From IMG/VR virus record IMGVR_UViG_3300032214_001346, positions 29,413 through 93,412 of that record: a stretch of DNA of 64,000 bases. The stretch is one strand, 5' to 3'. The notes below the pieces were generated by a model, which saw nothing but the letters and a program-made list of their open reading frames with translations, did not search any database and was not told the DNA's origin. A program made the translations under genes and the position numbers. The DNA comes from a virus. Shown here in pieces: positions 19,015-28,395 of this stretch (positions are counted from its first letter, which is position 1; every line of letters starts with the position of its first letter).

Positions 19015-19845
19015 TTACTTTTTGTCCTTAATAGCTTCATTGATTATAGCAGCTAAGTCCTCTAATTTGGACTCATAGTAATCGGTGTTTTGTTGATATT
19101 TGAATATTGAATTAAACAACATTAATTTATTCCACTCAGCGAATAAGAACCCAGCAAAAGTATTCTTATAAAAGAATAAATGAATGGCGAAACGACCAGT
19201 TCCCCTTTCTGCTAACCAAGTCTCACAAGTCTCATTGTTGGTACAATAAAAATATTTTTGGTTATCATTAATCATTGGTAAAACAGCGTAGTCAAAAAAA
19301 TGTTTATTGATTGGTGATTCATGAGCTAAGGAATATTTACCATCCGAAGATACTTCCAAGAACACTGTATGATCTCCTTCATACTCCTTAAACATAGATA
19401 GCCTAGTTGCATTTAGTTCCTTTCTCGTGCGCTTCATTTCTTGAGTAATTCGTAGTACCTCTTCAGAGGAAATATTATCAAAATATTTTTGATTACTCAT
19501 TATTTCCAATAAAACATCTTTAAACTGATAAATAATTGTCTTAACCAAAGTCTCACCTGTTAAGGACAGCACAGCTGTAAATAAGCATCCAGATACAACA
19601 ATTAAAGCTTTGATAATATTCAGTGATACAACAGCTTCATGAAAATCTTCATAATCAGATTTTTGATAATTCTCCTGTACTTTTATCGGTTTTTGTGAAT
19701 TAGCTTGATAGACTTGTACCTGCTTAGATAATCCTTCTGTGTTATCAAAGGCTTTCACTTGACGTGATGTAATGGTGACATGAATGAAGCCTTCAATCCC
19801 AATTAATAAAAACATTAACCCGTACAATATTTTTTTCTTTTTCAT
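19015..19845 (-). CDS. Membrane protein with GAF-like C-terminal domain
   Basis: Two hydrophobic helices; ELNATRLSMF...WLAERG...FAGFLFAEW. Confidence 0.55.
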   Translation of the reverse strand: MKKKKILYGLMFLLIGIEGFIHVTITSRQVKAFDNTEGLSKQVQVYQANSQKPIKVQENYQKSDYEDFHEAVVSLNIIKALIVVSGCLFTAVLSLTGETLVKTIIYQFKDVLLEIMSNQKYFDNISSEEVLRITQEMKRTRKELNATRLSMFKEYEGDHTVFLEVSSDGKYSLAHESPINKHFFDYAVLPMINDNQKYFYCTNNETCETWLAERGTGRFAIHLFFYKNTFAGFLFAEWNKLMLFNSIFKYQQNTDYYESKLEDLAAIINEAIKDKK

Positions 19846-20092
19846 GGTAATTTACCTATAATTTTTACTTAATTATAAGTAAGTAAAAGTCCTTACAAAA
19901 TTCCTGAAAACGTTGTAAGTGTGGACATTCCACAAAAAATGTTATTATTATGTTTCATAATTATTTAAGATTTTAAAGAAATATTTATCTTTTGGTGGTG
20001 CTTTTATTATCATTAAAAACAACAAAACCGCTACGTGAGCGGTAATGTTGCGGCAGTCCTACGACGACCCCTAGGCTGTGCCTATTTGGATT

Positions 20093-21256
20093 TTAGTACA
20101 TACTTGATTGGGTTTCATTGTTTACAAGTGAAGCGCAAATATCGTACATCTCAGCCCATACGTAATCATCTTTTGCAATTGACGACAAAGGCTGTCCTGC
20201 GTATTTTACTTGCATAGATACGTGAAAATATCTAGTTAACATTTTTTTGATCAAGCTTATCTTGGTTTTCTCGCTTACTTGCAATCTATAATCTCCTGTT
20301 TCAGTTTTTTCTACAAAAACTCTAAAACCAGACATTATCGGAAAAACCAAGGATTGCTGAGTTATCACACAGGTAAGTATTTCATGGTTAGGCAACTTGG
20401 TATATTTCCTAGCGTCGTTTCCACTTTTTGTAAACCTTGTTCCTGTAGCACTAGAATGATGCTGTTCCTCTAGTCTTTTGAATATTTTAGACTGAAGATC
20501 TATAGCGTCGTGAACTAACGAAAAAAGTTTTTTTGGTATTAAGTCTCGATGTACAGAATTAGAAGCCTGTATTGAAAGTTTTGGATGCTTTTTTTTGTTG
20601 GTATTGGATGGAGAATAACTTGGATCTAGTGCCCAAATAAGGCTGTAAATTCTGGCAATTGTACAGCACCCATCAACATTTGTTGTTTGCACTCCAAATT
20701 GCCCTTCATGATAAATAATTCTGTACCTTTCAAGTTCTGGTTTTATCCAGTCATAGTCACCGCTATAATTTGCTAAACTCATTTTTGAGACGGCTTTACT
20801 GGTATTTAGTGCGATCGCCTTTTCTTTTAATTCAATTTCATCAAAACCTGAATAGATTATGATGTTTACAAAAACTTGAGAAATATCTATCTCTTTAAAA
20901 TTAGCAGCCATGCAAAAAGCTAATAGCCGATGACCGCCATCTAACAATCCATCGGAATCTTTAAACGTCAATCTAATCAAACTTGCAGTAATTTTTGAGC
21001 AATCAGCAGCAAGATGAAGCGGCGAACTGATAACCGAAACGCCCTTTTTCAAGGATTCAATTATTGATTCGGTAACAGAGTTTTTTATCGGTCTTCTTAC
21101 GTTGGCAGTTAGTGGAATTTTCCACAAAAGATGAGATTCGTTTTTACTGTTAGCTTCAACTAAATCCTTAAGAGTAGTTGATACGTGATACTCTTTTCCC
21201 TGTTGAACTGGAAATTCATTTAACGACCGGAACTTTAAGTTAATAACGTGTGGCAT
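20093..21256 (-). CDS. AIPR-family / ParB-like (DGxHR) protein
   Basis: ANVR, GLLDGGHRL and ALNTSKAVS motifs. Confidence 0.7.
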   Translation of the reverse strand: MPHVINLKFRSLNEFPVQQGKEYHVSTTLKDLVEANSKNESHLLWKIPLTANVRRPIKNSVTESIIESLKKGVSVISSPLHLAADCSKITASLIRLTFKDSDGLLDGGHRLLAFCMAANFKEIDISQVFVNIIIYSGFDEIELKEKAIALNTSKAVSKMSLANYSGDYDWIKPELERYRIIYHEGQFGVQTTNVDGCCTIARIYSLIWALDPSYSPSNTNKKKHPKLSIQASNSVHRDLIPKKLFSLVHDAIDLQSKIFKRLEEQHHSSATGTRFTKSGNDARKYTKLPNHEILTCVITQQSLVFPIMSGFRVFVEKTETGDYRLQVSEKTKISLIKKMLTRYFHVSMQVKYAGQPLSSIAKDDYVWAEMYDICASLVNNETQSSMY

Positions 21257-21279
21257 AATTGAATTATAGGTTAGTTGGT

Positions 21280-21311
21280 TTCACATCAATAAAATATTTT
21301 ATTGATGTGAA
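21280..21311. repeat. Perfect 32-bp palindrome; candidate protelomerase target
   Basis: TTCACATCAATAAAAT|ATTTTATTGATGTGAA with no loop. Confidence 0.6.
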
Positions 21312-21371
21312 TTTACTTATAATAATATCATAAATTAATTTATTTGTTAAAAAAATAAACGGTTTTAAAAG

Positions 21372-21397
21372 TACCCACTAATACGCTTTAGTGGGTA
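21372..21397. terminator. Conserved 26-bp hairpin TACCCACTAA-N6-TTAGTGGGTA, copy 1 of 4 (others 23208-23233, 25431-25456, 28347-28372)
   Basis: Each copy lies just past the stop codon of a minus-strand gene. Confidence 0.7.
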
Positions 21398-21404
21398 GCC
21401 TTAA

Positions 21405-22193
21405 TTAAATTACGTCAACCACAGATGGATACCACTGTAGGGACTGGACGGTTTTATTATGTCCTTTAGCTGTATCCAAAACTATTTGAGAATACTCTTT
21501 ACCCTCTTCCGTTGGCAACCACAACGGGCTAGAACTGCTGGTATTTTTAGTTTGCATCCCTTTTTCCATCAAGAGTAAATTCATCCTTCTAGCGGAAATT
21601 TCTAGCCCTGTTTTTTGAGCATAAAGTTCTGCCAATTTACCAGGGCGCACCAGTTCCTTCTCTACAGGAATGCCTAAGAGGGTTTTTGATTCTTCCATGG
21701 CAGATGCTAACGCAGGATAGCTTTTGGCAATCTGATTAGCTTTGACCCCTGCTATTAAACGTGAGTCTATGGCTGTACAAGCAAATACTAAATCTATCGC
21801 TGTACTTATTTGTTGCATTTCCGGTTGCATGGGAGTCACACCCGGATAACTACCTGATTTCCTGATCGCTGGCAATACTTGTGATGTTACCCACCGCTTA
21901 AACTCTTTAGCTTGTGGTTTATGACTTCCAAAAATACAAGCGTACAATCCAGACTCATTAATGATTGAAACCTTGAAAGTATTGCTGCTAAAGGATTCCG
22001 CCAAAATGGCGGAATCTAATTTTTTGGGATTAATCACATCCTTGTCTTCAGTATCTACGAGGTTCAGCATTTTTGATAAATCGGCATAATCAAAAATTTC
22101 TGCAACATCTTTAGCTACAAACCAAGGTTCGCCGTCAATCATCAAAACGCGGACTTGGTTGTTATTAAAATTAAAAGCTGTTAAAGTAGTCAT
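21405..22193 (-). CDS. BRO-N domain phage antirepressor
   Basis: FNFNNNQVRVLMIDGEPWFVAKDVA...INESGLY..IFGS.KP.AK.FKRWVT..VLP.IRK.G.Y. Confidence 0.9.
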   Translation of the reverse strand: MTTLTAFNFNNNQVRVLMIDGEPWFVAKDVAEIFDYADLSKMLNLVDTEDKDVINPKKLDSAILAESFSSNTFKVSIINESGLYACIFGSHKPQAKEFKRWVTSQVLPAIRKSGSYPGVTPMQPEMQQISTAIDLVFACTAIDSRLIAGVKANQIAKSYPALASAMEESKTLLGIPVEKELVRPGKLAELYAQKTGLEISARRMNLLLMEKGMQTKNTSSSSPLWLPTEEGKEYSQIVLDTAKGHNKTVQSLQWYPSVVDVI

Positions 22194-22260
22194 AGTTGAC
22201 CTGTTAGTTAGGTTGACCCCAGCGATAAGACTTCATGGGTGGCTGTATCCACCTTTTGAA

Positions 22261-22327
22261 GTGCTGGTATTTTAATTATAACACTTAATCGCAAATATAA
22301 CTACACTTATTGATATAATAATTATGT
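22261..22327. promoter_or_regulatory. 67-bp divergent promoter block, repeated at 24077-24143
   Basis: Near-identical direct repeat (one mismatch) with TATAAT boxes on both strands. Confidence 0.7.
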
Positions 22328-22347
22328 ATTTTATTGATAGCCAGGGC

Positions 22348-23204
22348 ATGATTAATCAGATAATTCATGGTGATTGTTTTGAAGTTTTGAAAGATATTCC
22401 TGATGGTTCTATTGACGCTGTAATCACAGATCCGCCTTACATGACAACTGATTTAAACTTTGATAAAACAGGCTTTGATGTTGACTTATTCTTAAAATTA
22501 TTATTACCAAAACTTAAAAGTGATGGACAATTAGCTGTATTTGGGAGTATTGAATTACTTGCTAAGTTTAGCGGTATTTATCCTATTAGATGGTCAGGAA
22601 TGTGGCTGAAACAAAGCGGAGTAATGAGAACTCATACAGCCAAGAAACCTATGAGCAAAAGCGAACCTTACTGTATATTTGCTCACCCAAAACATAAAGT
22701 ATCAAACCTTGTTTATAACAAAATATTATTGCCAGGAGAGCCTTATGAAAAAAACAAAAAAATACTGGCTATATTAGAGACGGCAAAAATCAAATAGATA
22801 GAGCAAATACTTCTGCATGGACTAAGGACGGGTATATCTCAAAAAACCTGGGTACAAGACAACAAACAGATGTTATTGAAGCACCAAATAAAAGTTGCTT
22901 AAAACACCATGAAAGAACCATTCACCCCACACAAAAGCCTGTAGCACTGATATCTACATTGGTTCAGTGGATAACCAACCCCGGCGATTTAGTCCTTGAC
23001 CCATTTGCTGGTAGTGGTACAACGGCACTAGCCTGTAAAGAACTTGGTAGAAACTATATCTGCATTGAGAAGGAACGGGAATATGTTGATATTATTCATA
23101 AACGCTTAAACACTCCCATTACTGAGAGAGGCTTAACTGTAGAGGAACAGGTAGAGATTGAAGAGAAGACTAAGCCACCTTATCAGCAGTTGTCATTGTT
23201 TTAA
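22348..23204 (+). CDS. N4C/N6A DNA methyltransferase split by a -1 frameshift at 22748-22762
   Basis: IHGDC and TDPPY in the first frame; HPTQKP and [10 protein letters not shown] in the -1 frame; junction at GAAAAAAACAAAAAAAT. Confidence 0.8.
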
Positions 23205-23239
23205 AAATACCCACTAAAGCGTATTAGTGGGTATGGGAA

Positions 23240-24013
23240 TTATTCACCAATTAATCTTTGTCTAGTATCTCCAAATATTAAATCAATGACTTCATCCAAT
23301 GAATCAGGTGCAACATACTCACTAGTAGAGTGCCTCGTAACGGGTATTAATAAATCATCACGGTTCATGTTCCGTAATTTATCAGCTACCCATTTAAGCG
23401 AAGGTATCTTTTGTCCAGTACGCTTTTTAATTTCTGCTTTGAGTTGATCAGCAGTCAGGATTTTGGATACTTTACCCGTTTTTAGTTGCACAATCTCAGT
23501 AGCCAAAACTTCAGACTTGACAATCTGATCTGACATCCCTCTTAATGCTAAAACTGTTTCTTTGCCGTGCATAGTGAGCATAGACGAGTCTATTTCTTTG
23601 CCTTTGTTAATTTCCTTGGCAACTGCTAACTGAAGTTCTAGCTCACGGATACGCTCTGACTGTTGGGGAATAACGGTTTTTATGACGGCTTTAGCATCTT
23701 TAAATGCTTTGACCAGCGATCGCTTACATTGTCTAACCTTATCAGTGTTTTTGGATAAAGTCATTACGTAAGTAGCTTGGTCTTCATTCAAATAACAGAA
23801 AACGGTTGTATTCTTTGCACCGACTGAGTTTATTGCAGTTCCGTTTTCAAATCGGAGGTATCCAAACTCTTGAATTTCTGTCCAGTATTTCTTGATTGTT
23901 CTAACAAATGATTCATGCTCAATACTTAGCTCCCTGGCAATGAGTCGGGAATCAACAACCAGTTTACCATTTCTGTCAATTACGTCAATTTGTGTTAAAC
24001 TATTCATATCCAC
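23240..24013 (-). CDS. Rha-family phage regulatory / antirepressor protein
   Basis: VVDSRLIA..L.I.H...YLNEDQAT.VMT.S.NT..V..CK..LV.AF. Confidence 0.85.
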   Translation of the reverse strand: MDMNSLTQIDVIDRNGKLVVDSRLIARELSIEHESFVRTIKKYWTEIQEFGYLRFENGTAINSVGAKNTTVFCYLNEDQATYVMTLSKNTDKVRQCKRSLVKAFKDAKAVIKTVIPQQSERIRELELQLAVAKEINKGKEIDSSMLTMHGKETVLALRGMSDQIVKSEVLATEIVQLKTGKVSKILTADQLKAEIKKRTGQKIPSLKWVADKLRNMNRDDLLIPVTRHSTSEYVAPDSLDEVIDLIFGDTRQRLIGE

Positions 24014-24179
24014 CTCTTATTTTTAAGTTGATTACCAGTGACATAACCGTTAGGAATGTTGATACCGTTCTTAACGGTGCTGGTATTTTAATTATAACAC
24101 TTAATCGCAAATATGACTACACTTATTGATATAATAATTATGTGGTACTTAATGATTTTTGCAAAAGGGAATAAGCTTT

Positions 24180-24767
24180 ATGGAAGTAACATTAATCGCT
24201 TTAATCTTAATATCATATTTAGTCTACTTACTGCATTTTAAAATAATTCCATCATTGCAAAGATTAGATAAGAAAGTTTTTAAAAACAAGAACAGACCCA
24301 AGTTATCCCCAAATCAAGAATCAGAAATTAAAGGATATATGCGGCAGATATTAGCAACTACAAGCTTTAATCGTGTGTCCCTTTATTTCTTAGACTCACC
24401 ATACATAAACAACAATCTTATTCAAGCAGACTCTTACACATTATGGATAGAAGCGTCTAAATCTATTCCTATGCGAAAAGACACTAAATTATCTTTTGCT
24501 TATATCAGTGAAGAATTTAACCGCATGATACAGGCAAAAATAACTCATAAATATTATAAAAACGCTAAAGAGGGTCTAATATGTCAGGTGTGGTTGCGCG
24601 ATCGCCATACTGTCAGCTATGGGATATATATAATCAATGACTGTTCATTTTTGTTACTGGAAATTGCTATTACTCAACTTCCTAAATTATTTTATATTTT
24701 ATTGAGACACAATAAACACGGGGATTATGTTAGTCCGTGTTCTGCGGTAGCCCGTGTTTTACGGTAG
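24180..24767 (+). CDS. Membrane protein with GAF-like domain (distant paralogue of 19015-19845)
   Basis: N-terminal TM helix; FNRVSLY...CQVWLRDR vs ATRLSMF...CETWLAER. Confidence 0.5.
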   Translation: MEVTLIALILISYLVYLLHFKIIPSLQRLDKKVFKNKNRPKLSPNQESEIKGYMRQILATTSFNRVSLYFLDSPYINNNLIQADSYTLWIEASKSIPMRKDTKLSFAYISEEFNRMIQAKITHKYYKNAKEGLICQVWLRDRHTVSYGIYIINDCSFLLLEIAITQLPKLFYILLRHNKHGDYVSPCSAVARVLR

Positions 24768-24771
24768 CTGA

Positions 24772-24915
24772 TCAGCCATAAGCAGCTTCACTCATGTCTT
24801 CCCCAATGCAGTAGCCATAAAAGTATTGCTCGTTGTCTCTTGTTCCTTCTGGGTAGGGATTATTGTAAGGTTGATTGTTGAACCCAGCATCATATCCTTC
24901 TTCGTATGCAGACAT
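24772..24915 (-). CDS. 47-aa Rmf/CrpP-like small protein (not in ORF track)
   Basis: MSAYEEGYDAGFNNQPYNNPYPEGTRDNEQYFYGYCIG resembles the GY.AG...PY...W..GW pattern. Confidence 0.5.
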   Translation of the reverse strand: MSAYEEGYDAGFNNQPYNNPYPEGTRDNEQYFYGYCIGEDMSEAAYG

Positions 24916-25087
24916 AGTTTTTCTCTACTTTCTATAGAATTAATGTAGTTTCCTGCTTTTCATAGGGAAACATAACAATTATTGTATCACGAATAATTAT
25001 AATTATTTAAAGTTTTATGGTAGCTATGTTATGAGTGTTAGCTGCTAGTTTTAATCCGGCTTTCAAAAGTAAGTTAATATTAAATTA

Positions 25088-25417
25088 ATGATTTTGGGTA
25101 TAATTATGACACAATCTTTGTATTTTTTTAATAATAGCAAAGTTACTCCTGAAAAGGTTGAATTAAGGTCGCCTTTGTCTTGCATTAGTGCTTATGAAGA
25201 AACTTTAGAATCTCTTTTGTGTACGGCTGATTATCTTTCTCCTGTTTCCACTAGCTTTATGATGAATGACGCTGTGTGGGGGGCTATTGAAGGGATTATC
25301 AGAGATCAAATATCAGCGTTAAAACTTTCTCTTGAGGAACAATTTGATCTGTTGCAAGACCATCAAGTTCTTGGTAATTTGTTTAGGCACAATTTATTAC
25401 TGGTAACTGTTTATTAA
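25088..25417 (+). CDS. Hypothetical protein
   Basis: ORF. Confidence 0.45.
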   Translation: MILGIIMTQSLYFFNNSKVTPEKVELRSPLSCISAYEETLESLLCTADYLSPVSTSFMMNDAVWGAIEGIIRDQISALKLSLEEQFDLLQDHQVLGNLFRHNLLLVTVY

Positions 25418-25467
25418 TAAACAGTGTATTTACCCACTAAAGCGTATTAGTGGGTAGTGGAAATAAG

Positions 25468-25887
25468 CTACTTCACTGGATACCATGTATCAGATCGCCG
25501 CTGCTCTTGCCATGCCAGCTTTGACAAAGTGGCTTGTAAATAAGAAATTGCCTTCTTTTTAGCATCCTCTTCATATACGGCATAGACGTAAAATCTATAT
25601 ACGTCTTCGAGAAAAGAATAGCCCTCTTCAGATGAATTTATTCCAATCCATCCTTTGGAGACATATACAGGGTATTCCTCTTTAGCAGGAATTTTTACCG
25701 TATACGGAGTTTCATTATGCTTCGGCAATTCTGGAATTGTCAAGACTTCCAATTCTTCAATCTGTGCTGACTCATCATCTTTAAATCCCCACAGGACTTT
25801 TGCTCTTTCTGCATCTTCCATGGATGCGAAAGCACCGTGAACTTGGTAATCGTCGTATTCACCAGATGTGAGTAGGTATACTTGCAT
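25468..25887 (-). CDS. Hypothetical phage protein
   Basis: VYLLTSGEYDDY.V.G.F pattern common in phage small proteins. Confidence 0.65.
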   Translation of the reverse strand: MQVYLLTSGEYDDYQVHGAFASMEDAERAKVLWGFKDDESAQIEELEVLTIPELPKHNETPYTVKIPAKEEYPVYVSKGWIGINSSEEGYSFLEDVYRFYVYAVYEEDAKKKAISYLQATLSKLAWQEQRRSDTWYPVK

Positions 25888-26138
25888 TAAATTAACTCCA
25901 ATAAAATTGTTAGTGCTGATTGGATGCTGTTGATTGCATCCTTGATTAATGCCCGCTTTTGGGTTGCGGGTTTATTTGGTTTAGAAACTAACAACTCATC
26001 ATTAGCTATTAGTTTCATGAACTTAGAAATGTTGGGGTCTTCACCCCACGTACAGCCAAACTCTAAAGCTTTATTCTCTAGCTTGGCTTTGTCTTCCATT
26101 GAGACGGAGAGCGTAATGCTCTCCTGTTTCCTGGTCAT
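25887..26138 (-). CDS. Stand-alone RHH-like regulator resembling the N-terminus of cyanobacterial WYL proteins
   Basis: MTRKQESITLSVS.EDKAKLE..ALEFG.TWG..PNISK. Confidence 0.6.
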   Translation of the reverse strand: MTRKQESITLSVSMEDKAKLENKALEFGCTWGEDPNISKFMKLIANDELLVSKPNKPATQKRALIKDAINSIQSALTILLELI

Positions 26139-26473
26139 TGCAAATAAATTTCAACTTCTGTCCCTTTGTCGCGTAGATAAGGCGCAAAGCTTTCTTCATC
26201 TTCACCCAATACAATACAGGCGTTATTTACAGCATCATGAATGCTACAATCCATGAAAACTTGATGCTTGTAATACGTGGCTTTCATTATGCTATTCTGT
26301 ACCATTGTCAGAACCAGGGCTGATAATGGTGTACCACTTTTGCTGTACTGAGATGAGAAGTACAAATCTTCATCCCTTTTGACTTCATAATTTAATCTAT
26401 TTTCTAATGCTTGAGCCATAAACTTGTCATGCGCCAATTGCGCTAATTGCGATTCGTTTTCCCACCTAAACAT
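26135..26473 (-). CDS. Hypothetical protein
   Basis: ORF with AAGGA RBS. Confidence 0.55.
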   Translation of the reverse strand: MFRWENESQLAQLAHDKFMAQALENRLNYEVKRDEDLYFSSQYSKSGTPLSALVLTMVQNSIMKATYYKHQVFMDCSIHDAVNNACIVLGEDEESFAPYLRDKGTEVEIYLQ

Positions 26474-26487
26474 AAGTGTCCTTTTTA

Positions 26488-26928
26488 TTACAGGATTTTA
26501 CTTGCGCCTATACAGTAACCGATTATCCGGTCACTCCATCCCAGTTTTTCCATCTCCTGAATGGGTGCAAACTGACTCATCCAATCCCAAGGATCAGACG
26601 GTCTGATTTTTAACCCAATCAATTCAGGAATTAATCTGAGCATTTCAGGTTTCCAATACCTTTGCAGACAGCCACCGACCTTAATAAAGGCCTTTTTAAC
26701 TTGTTCCTCTGAATATGTGGGAACAAGAAAGTCCATTAAGTTCAGTTGCACTGGGGTGGTGACAGACTTAAGAGGGGGTTGAACAGCAGCCTCTATACTT
26801 GCAAGCTTATTCTCGCAGTCAATCAGGGCAATAATGTACTTACGAGCATTCCTAACGCCTATAGCTATTTGGTTTCTCAGCCTGGCGATCGCTGACTTTA
26901 ACTTTTTAACGATAAGTGCAACACCCAT
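26488..26928 (-). CDS. Hypothetical protein
   Basis: AGGAG RBS and TTGACA promoter upstream. Confidence 0.6.
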   Translation of the reverse strand: MGVALIVKKLKSAIARLRNQIAIGVRNARKYIIALIDCENKLASIEAAVQPPLKSVTTPVQLNLMDFLVPTYSEEQVKKAFIKVGGCLQRYWKPEMLRLIPELIGLKIRPSDPWDWMSQFAPIQEMEKLGWSDRIIGYCIGASKIL

Positions 26929-27076
26929 GGTACAATACTCCTAATCACTTGGTTAATAGAGGCTTGGGCTGTCTCCCTTGTCTCTATATTTATATCATTA
27001 CACAATATTTTATCCTTGTCAATAAGAAATTGTCCGTATTTTAATATATTTTGTACTGAATTTTTAAAGTTGTAAA

Positions 27077-27373
27077 TTGTACAATATGAAAAGAAGTAAG
27101 CGACGTAACCGACATCAACTAAAACAGCAACTAAGGAAATTAGATGCGATCGCGCTTAAACAAATCCATAGGAGCTATAACCTTTCTTCGGCTTCCTGGG
27201 GTGGTAGTCGTTGCCCTGGATGCGGAATAAGTATTCGACCGTGCCAACTGCTTAACGCTGATTTTAGCCGGACTTTAGTAGATGAACACAGTAGATGGGT
27301 TGGGCATATTTCAGGGCATTTTCTACCTTGCAAAAAAGTTAAACGCTGTCCCGGCGAAAGGGATTGGTTTTAA
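27077..27373 (+). CDS. Small basic Cys/His-containing hypothetical protein
   Basis: CPGCG...H...C. Confidence 0.4.
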   Translation: MYNMKRSKRRNRHQLKQQLRKLDAIALKQIHRSYNLSSASWGGSRCPGCGISIRPCQLLNADFSRTLVDEHSRWVGHISGHFLPCKKVKRCPGERDWF

Positions 27374-27493
27374 AGTTTCGGGAATTGATATTATTTTTGC
27401 CATTAAAGGGATTGATTATAGTTGCATGATGTGAATCATCGTTTTCAATAATCCAATGTCTTTAATGGCTATTTTTATCCACAATCAGGTTTT

Positions 27494-27583
27494 CCAGCTA
27501 CGGAAAAACCACAAGCGGAAAAACCAGCTACGGAAAAACCACAAGCGGAAAATCCGGCTACGGAAAATCCGGCTACGGAAAAT
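27494..27583. repeat. Six 15-bp iteron-like repeats (CCAGCTACGGAAAAA / CCACAAGCGGAAAAA variants)
   Basis: Direct reading; followed by an AT-rich tract. Confidence 0.85.
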
Positions 27584-27675
27584 CTGCTATATAATAAATA
27601 TCTATTCCAATAAGTATTTAATTAAAGAATTATCTAAAGAGGAAGTATCTAAGCGGAATGCCCCTCATAAGAGGA

Positions 27676-28288
27676 TTTAAGAAAAGAACTAACACAACAG
27701 ATATCTGTTATTCCTGGCTTAAAGACAAATATTTTTAGAGAACAGATAAATCACTCATTGGATCAGGTTATGCCCGCCCGCCGCGCTTAAAAATGACAAG
27801 AAGCTATAGATAGTAAAGCGTAAATTACATCACTCAACTACAATCAAGTACCTTCATGGCGGAAATAACACCAATTCCTGTAATTCCTGTTTCTCCTATG
27901 AGTCCACTTGCAATTAACCCAGTTCAGGTGTCTTTATTTTAGTAAAGAAAGCCTTGAAAGCCTTATATTCTCGATCCGTTAAAAGTAACGTTGGAGTCGT
28001 TAAAAGTAACGTTGGAGTCGTTAAAAGTAAGGTTGGAGTCGTTAAAAGTAACGTTGGAGTCGTTGAATTTAAGGTTTCATCTATATTATTAAACAATCTT
28101 AATTAACAGTCTTAATTAACAATCTTTAGCTTAAGCGTAAATAAAAAAGCTTCTTTAAGAAAAGAACTAATACAACAGATATCTGTTATTCCTGGCTTAA
28201 AAGTAAATATTTTTAGAGAACAGATAAATCACTCATTGGATCAGGTTATGCCCGCCGCCGCGCTTAAAAATGACAAAAAGCTAATAGA
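27676..28288. repeat. ~135-bp direct repeat (27676-27810 and 28154-28288)
   Basis: TTTAAGAAAAGAACTAA...GATCAGGTTATGCCCGCC...GCTTAAAAATGACAA present twice. Confidence 0.9.
27977..28064. repeat. Four 21-bp iteron-like repeats CGTTAAAAGTAACGTTGGAGT
   Basis: Direct reading; followed by AT-rich CTTAATTAACA repeats. Confidence 0.9.
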
Positions 28289-28395
28289 CTTTGGTTCAGA
28301 ATTTATAAAGCAATTTTAAAGCGTACTTATTGAATAAATAAAAAAATACCCACTAAAGCGTGTTAGTGGGTATCAGGTTGAAACCTACAATGCAA

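Noticed and set aside
27456-27680. 74-aa ORF with QLRKNHKRK repeats
   Set aside because: It is a translation of the 15-bp iteron-like repeats, with no RBS or recognisable domain.
27914-28096. 60-aa ORF with TTPTLLL repeats
   Set aside because: It is a translation of the 21-bp tandem repeat.
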